Origin: Ructibacterium sp.
GTDB lineage: Bacteria; Bacillota; Clostridia; Monoglobales; Monoglobaceae
Length of the DNA stretch: 64,000 nt
Assembly: GCA_045540375.1 (NCBI GenBank)
Contig: JAZQHD010000146.1
Span: 32,117-96,116, forward strand
Reading direction: 5' to 3'
Shown here: positions 59,595-64,000 of the stretch, piece by piece
Numbering within the stretch: the stretch's first letter is position 1
Layout of the letters: every line of letters starts with the position of its first letter
Position numbers and translations under genes: made by a program
The notes under the pieces: model-generated
Told to the model about the DNA's origin: nothing
Seen by the model: the letters and a program-made list of their open reading frames with translations, nothing else
Database searches by the model: none

Positions 59595-60491
59595 TTATCT
59601 GATAACGTTCAATCCAAATGCCAACAATCTTTTCTCCACCTTTGTGATTTCTTCGTTATTCGGAATCTCCGCGTTCGGCATAGTATTTTCTATACCAACT
59701 GCTTCATATTTCGAGCCAGCAAGATTGTTATAAGCAAGAAGTTTGACTCTTTTCACCATTTTTAATTGACTTAAAAATCTACCAACATTATTGATATTGT
59801 AGTCATCCATATTAACCCCCGGAATCAAGGGGATTCTGACCTCAATTTCCTTTGACAATGAATCGATATACCGAATATTCTCCAAAATAATTTTATTGGA
59901 TACTCCGGTATATTGGATGTGCTTTGCTTCGTCAAAAACCTTAATATCATATAGAAAAATATCAGTAAATTCACTTACCTTATCAATTTCACTTTGATTC
60001 ACATATCCGCTGGTATCAACGGCACAATGAATGTTATTTGCCTTCATCCTCATCAATAGCTCAGCGCAAAAATCAGCTTGGCAGAGACACTCTCCTCCTG
60101 ACAAGGTGATTCCACCACCACTTTGCTCATAAAACATCTTGTCTTCCAGTAGAATACGTTCCAATTCTTCCACCGTAACATTCCAAGAGCTATGCATCAG
60201 CGCCTCTACAGGACAAGCACGAACGCATTCACCACAAAAACTGCACCTGCTTCGATCAAATAGGTGTTCCCCATTTATCATACGATGGGCTGATTCTTTG
60301 CAAATACCGCTACACTCACCGCACCCAACACACTTGCTTTGAGTATACTGAATTCCATCAGAGAAGGAAATTCCTTCCGGATTATGACACCAAATACATC
60401 TGAGCGGACAGCCTTTGAAGAAAACCGTTGTCCGGATTCCAGGTCCATCATGTACTGCAAATTTTTTGATATCAAAGATTTTCCCTATCAT
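59595..60491 (-). CDS. Glycyl-radical enzyme activating enzyme (radical SAM with 2x[4Fe-4S] ferredoxin insert)
   Basis: HDGPGIRTTVFFKGCPLRCIWCHNPE; CVGCGEC..C and CSFCGEC..CP; GGITLSGGE; DTSG. Confidence 0.95.
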   Translation of the reverse strand: MIGKIFDIKKFAVHDGPGIRTTVFFKGCPLRCIWCHNPEGISFSDGIQYTQSKCVGCGECSGICKESAHRMINGEHLFDRSRCSFCGECVRACPVEALMHSSWNVTVEELERILLEDKMFYEQSGGGITLSGGECLCQADFCAELLMRMKANNIHCAVDTSGYVNQSEIDKVSEFTDIFLYDIKVFDEAKHIQYTGVSNKIILENIRYIDSLSKEIEVRIPLIPGVNMDDYNINNVGRFLSQLKMVKRVKLLAYNNLAGSKYEAVGIENTMPNAEIPNNEEITKVEKRLLAFGLNVIR

Positions 60492-60495
60492 AGAT

Positions 60496-62688
60496 TTACT
60501 TCTCCCTGTATTCCAACGTACTGATGAACTCATTTTGCTCCTTCTCGCTCAAGTTCACAAAATGTACATTCCATCCGCACAATCTGACCTGAAGCGTTGC
60601 ATATTTTTCCGGCTGTTTTTGGGCATTTCTCAAAACCGCCGGATTTAAAACATTAAACTGAAGTGCCATTCCGCCAAGCGTCATAAAAGATTTTAGGATT
60701 CCAGCCATAGCTTGGAGTCCTTCATCTCCCTTAACTGCTGACGAATGTAGGATCACATCCAGCACGGCACCATTGGGAATCTCGGTGTAATCTATTTTGG
60801 TAACAGAATTAATTAGACCGGTAACGCCGTTTTTATCCTGACCTATCACCGTGGATAAGTTTTTCGACAAAAACTCTCCTTGTTTTCGTCCATCCGGAAG
60901 TGCACCGGTACTGGTTCCGGAAAAGGTATACCAATCAATGGAAAAAAGTCCACAACGATACTTTCCGCCTCTTCCGTTGGGCTGATGATTAATCTTCTTT
61001 GTTGCTTGTTCCACCAATGCAAGCATAATCCTGTCGCTCTCAGCATCATTATTTCCGTACTTTAACTTCAAGTTTTTGCATTTCATTCTTAGCAGCTCAT
61101 AATTCTTCCAGTTATTTTTTAAAATATCCAAAAGTTCATCCATGGTAAGAATCTTATCGTCAAAAACAAGCTTTTTCACTGCAACAATGGCATCAACCGC
61201 CTGTGCCATACCAAATGCACAAATTGAGGTATTGTTATATTTTGCTCCGCCACGATATGCATCCTTGCCTGCTTTCAAGCACTCCTCTATGGTTCCGGAG
61301 AACAATGGGGCAGGGTTTATCTCCATATAGTGTGTTTCGTAGGTATTTATAAGCTCGCGGGTTCGATCAACAAAAAGACTAATCACATCTTTTACTGCAT
61401 CAAAGAAGTCTTCAAAGGTATTAATTTCTTTATCAAACTCTATGATTTTTTCTCCCGTCATTTGATCAAATCCACGATGAAGAACAAGTTCAACAACTTT
61501 CGGGAGATTGACTCGTCCTGCACAGGAACAAGGAACCTCTCCTTTTGCCGCCGGCTCATAACACCCAATGGGCGTGTATTCTCTGGCATCCTCTATGGAT
61601 GCCTCCAGTTTTACCAGGCTATCTATCATAACTTTGTCATTCAAAAAGACAATACTGTTCTTTCCGTTTTTGATGGACGCAAAAAGCATTTTCAGCAAAT
61701 CATCTGGCAAATCCTCATCATACCGAATGTGTAACTTCGGATCAATAATGTCCAGTTTTATGTATCCCTCTACGAGGATGTAGGACAATTCATTGATGGT
61801 ATGTTTTCCATTTTTATCAATGCCACATAAGTAGAAAGGCGTATTCGCTGTAGCTCCCAAGGCAGTGAACTTGCAGTAAAAGTAGTCAATGATTTCCCGC
61901 AACTGATCCTGGGTGAATTTTCCACTTTTTAAATCGTTACAATAAAAGGAATGGTATAGTCTATCTATGCCACCTATAGAACGGACATTGACACCCTCAA
62001 CATAGGTAATCAAATAATTCATAATGACCGTCAGCTGCATTGCCTCTAGCATTGACGTAGGTGCCCCAAGGGAAAGATTTTTCAAGGAAGTAGCAATGAA
62101 AGGCATTTTGGGGTCAATATCAGACATCCTTTCCGCCTTATCCGCCATCCTCTTTAGGTAATGTATGACTGCGTTATATACAGTTTTGCAGGACTCATAA
62201 AAGACCTTCTGTTCCTCCGATAAATCGCTGCTTTGACTTGCTCGGTCAATCCGTTCCAGAAGGCCTGGAATCCCTAATTTGATAATATCGTTCCAATCAG
62301 GCGTTGTATGGCTAAAGTCTACATTGCCATAGTACGCCCGATGCTCCAATGCCAAGGAATTCTTTTGGAGAACCTCCGACATACAGGTTGTTTCAACTTC
62401 CTCTTTCCAAGTTTCTCTGATATCTATTAAGATATTGGCGTGATTGATTCGGTCAACGAATAATTCAGCAGGGTTAATGTCAAGCATTGCATTTTGCAGA
62501 ATAAAGCTAAAAAGGTTCGCTTTCACCAGCTCCTTAGGAGCATCCACCATCTCTTCGCATAGTTCATTACATTTCATGCGTAATGTCTCTACATCAAGTC
62601 CGGAATTCTGATCCCAGTGAGGATTTTTGTAAGCGTCCATCATTTTTGGTCTGTCTTGTTCAAACATTCCTCCAAACACCATACTCAC
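60496..62688 (-). CDS. Glycyl radical enzyme of unassigned class (non-PFL)
   Basis: Cys loop IGCYEP, ALPDGR, LQFNV, C-terminal LQVRLCGWNVHFVNL...Q.E.I; activase adjacent. Confidence 0.92.
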   Translation of the reverse strand: MSMVFGGMFEQDRPKMMDAYKNPHWDQNSGLDVETLRMKCNELCEEMVDAPKELVKANLFSFILQNAMLDINPAELFVDRINHANILIDIRETWKEEVETTCMSEVLQKNSLALEHRAYYGNVDFSHTTPDWNDIIKLGIPGLLERIDRASQSSDLSEEQKVFYESCKTVYNAVIHYLKRMADKAERMSDIDPKMPFIATSLKNLSLGAPTSMLEAMQLTVIMNYLITYVEGVNVRSIGGIDRLYHSFYCNDLKSGKFTQDQLREIIDYFYCKFTALGATANTPFYLCGIDKNGKHTINELSYILVEGYIKLDIIDPKLHIRYDEDLPDDLLKMLFASIKNGKNSIVFLNDKVMIDSLVKLEASIEDAREYTPIGCYEPAAKGEVPCSCAGRVNLPKVVELVLHRGFDQMTGEKIIEFDKEINTFEDFFDAVKDVISLFVDRTRELINTYETHYMEINPAPLFSGTIEECLKAGKDAYRGGAKYNNTSICAFGMAQAVDAIVAVKKLVFDDKILTMDELLDILKNNWKNYELLRMKCKNLKLKYGNNDAESDRIMLALVEQATKKINHQPNGRGGKYRCGLFSIDWYTFSGTSTGALPDGRKQGEFLSKNLSTVIGQDKNGVTGLINSVTKIDYTEIPNGAVLDVILHSSAVKGDEGLQAMAGILKSFMTLGGMALQFNVLNPAVLRNAQKQPEKYATLQVRLCGWNVHFVNLSEKEQNEFISTLEYREK

Positions 62689-62709
62689 CCTTTCTGCAAA
62701 ATTATTTTT

Positions 62710-64000
62710 CTACGCCTTTTCTATCTCAAATACACAAGCATCATGGGCATCGATTTTGGAGATATCACCGTGTAAAACCTTGGTAACCGCATAACCATTT
62801 TGAATACAAACCACATCAGTAAGAGGCTGATCGCCATAATTGATAGCAACACAAGTATACCCTCCCTCTCTTTTGTGGAGCGTTACCGAAGCCTGGGTCG
62901 AACTGGTTGAAACAATTTGTTCTCTGTCAGCAAAGAATCTTTGGTAAATCAAATGCCGCTTCGAGTCAAAACCATAACCATCCTCTGCCAGCATCGCCTC
63001 TAACGGAACATTCACGTAGAATACCTTACCCTTTCCATAACGATATTCACTGATTGCAGGCAGACCACAGCTATCATAGGCAAGAACTTTTGCACCTTTT
63101 TCCTCCATCATATATCGTTTGCTTCTGGAAAATTGGATTTCTTCTCCATCTAACCGGATGGTTCCGACCTCATCCACCAGGTAGGAGTTGACAGGTTCCA
63201 TTCCGGTCAGTTCTTCAAAGTTAGCCAGATGTCCTGTATCATTGGAAATATACAGGCTTGCTCCCGCCTTTACCTTTTCCAAAAGGGTACGATATTCCTT
63301 CCAAAGAATGACACGGAATCCGGTCATGGACGGAAGCATATAAACCTCCGCATCGGGAAGCTTGTCGTCACACCACGCAAATCGCAACGTCCTGTCATTC
63401 TGCTTGGCAAGAATATAGGATGCGTATGCAACACCCCAGGAATCCTGTTCTTTGCTTAAAATACAAACGGCATCCTTTTCCGGTTCCGGAAGATTATAGG
63501 GCATTTTTTTCAAAATCTCAGAAAACCTTTTCATAGCAAGTAGGGACTTTCTCGGTTTTCTCTCATCATCATAGATCCCCAGCTTTACCTCCATCATATC
63601 CCAATCATAGGGTGCCTTATCTACATTGACATAGTCGGAATTACACCAGAAAAGGAACCCTTTTCCGCCGTTTGCCCATACCGAGAGCAGATTATTATAA
63701 GCAAATATTCCGGCATTTTCATTATTGCAAGTCATGGGACCAAGAGTTCCGATTTCCTCGACAAAACAGGGCTTGTTCCCCAAATCTGCATAGTAGGAGG
63801 TTTCACAAGAGGGATGAAGCAACGTGCGCATAGAGGTCGGGGTGTTTCGGTAACAATGCGGCACAAAATGAGGATAGGGATGTGTGGTCAAAACATCACA
63901 ATTTTCCCCTTGGTCAAAAATTGTCCAGGTATTTTCCGTCCCCAGGGAATGCATTCCCGACATAACCGGCCTGGTATTATCACAAGCTCTGATCGCACTG
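62710..64000 (-). CDS. Clan GH-A-like glycoside hydrolase (GH5/GH42-like), C-terminal part; runs off window end
   Basis: Frame is open to 64000 (SAIRACDNTRPVMSG..); TTHPYP, CFVEEIG (nucleophile-like), FLFWC, then a trimerisation-like domain (YGKGKVFY). Confidence 0.72.
   Translation of the reverse strand, partial: SAIRACDNTRPVMSGMHSLGTENTWTIFDQGENCDVLTTHPYPHFVPHCYRNTPTSMRTLLHPSCETSYYADLGNKPCFVEEIGTLGPMTCNNENAGIFAYNNLLSVWANGGKGFLFWCNSDYVNVDKAPYDWDMMEVKLGIYDDERKPRKSLLAMKRFSEILKKMPYNLPEPEKDAVCILSKEQDSWGVAYASYILAKQNDRTLRFAWCDDKLPDAEVYMLPSMTGFRVILWKEYRTLLEKVKAGASLYISNDTGHLANFEELTGMEPVNSYLVDEVGTIRLDGEEIQFSRSKRYMMEEKGAKVLAYDSCGLPAISEYRYGKGKVFYVNVPLEAMLAEDGYGFDSKRHLIYQRFFADREQIVSTSSTQASVTLHKREGGYTCVAINYGDQPLTDVVCIQNGYAVTKVLHGDISKIDAHDACVFEIEKA

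Noticed and set aside
1-64000. CRISPR array, tRNA/rRNA, integrase, transposase, reverse transcriptase or invertible repeats
   Set aside because: No regularly spaced repeats, RNA gene signatures or recombinase motifs were found by eye; short ncRNAs cannot be excluded without covariance searches.

Overview
Low-GC Firmicute (Clostridia-like) chromosomal window. The left end is housekeeping (secA-prfB-prfA, minus strand), and prfB shifts frame at a non-canonical CTT-TAA-C site. An SLH surface protein follows. Next is a ~39 kb co-directional Gram-positive polysaccharide utilisation locus (6.85-46.2 kb, minus) with a divergent YesM-like kinase. It encodes ABC permeases and a solute-binding lipoprotein, a YesN-like regulator, two large secreted beta-helix proteins, modular SLH/S-layer proteins, GH105, GH36, a beta-propeller GH, a CE12-like and other esterases, three phosphoesterases and kduI/kduD. 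This block is bracketed by a 51-bp direct repeat of the kinase 3' end. Further right, two diverged 3' remnants of a pdaB-like polysaccharide deacetylase gene bracket a DegT aminotransferase-SDR-AraC cassette. Then come an RpiR/ornithine-cyclodeaminase-like module with a visible operator, and the distal part of a second sugar operon with an atypical glycyl radical enzyme (GCYEP / VRLCGWN) and its activase. No rRNA, tRNA, CRISPR array, integrase or intact transposase was seen. All family calls come from motif recognition by eye; no database searches were run.
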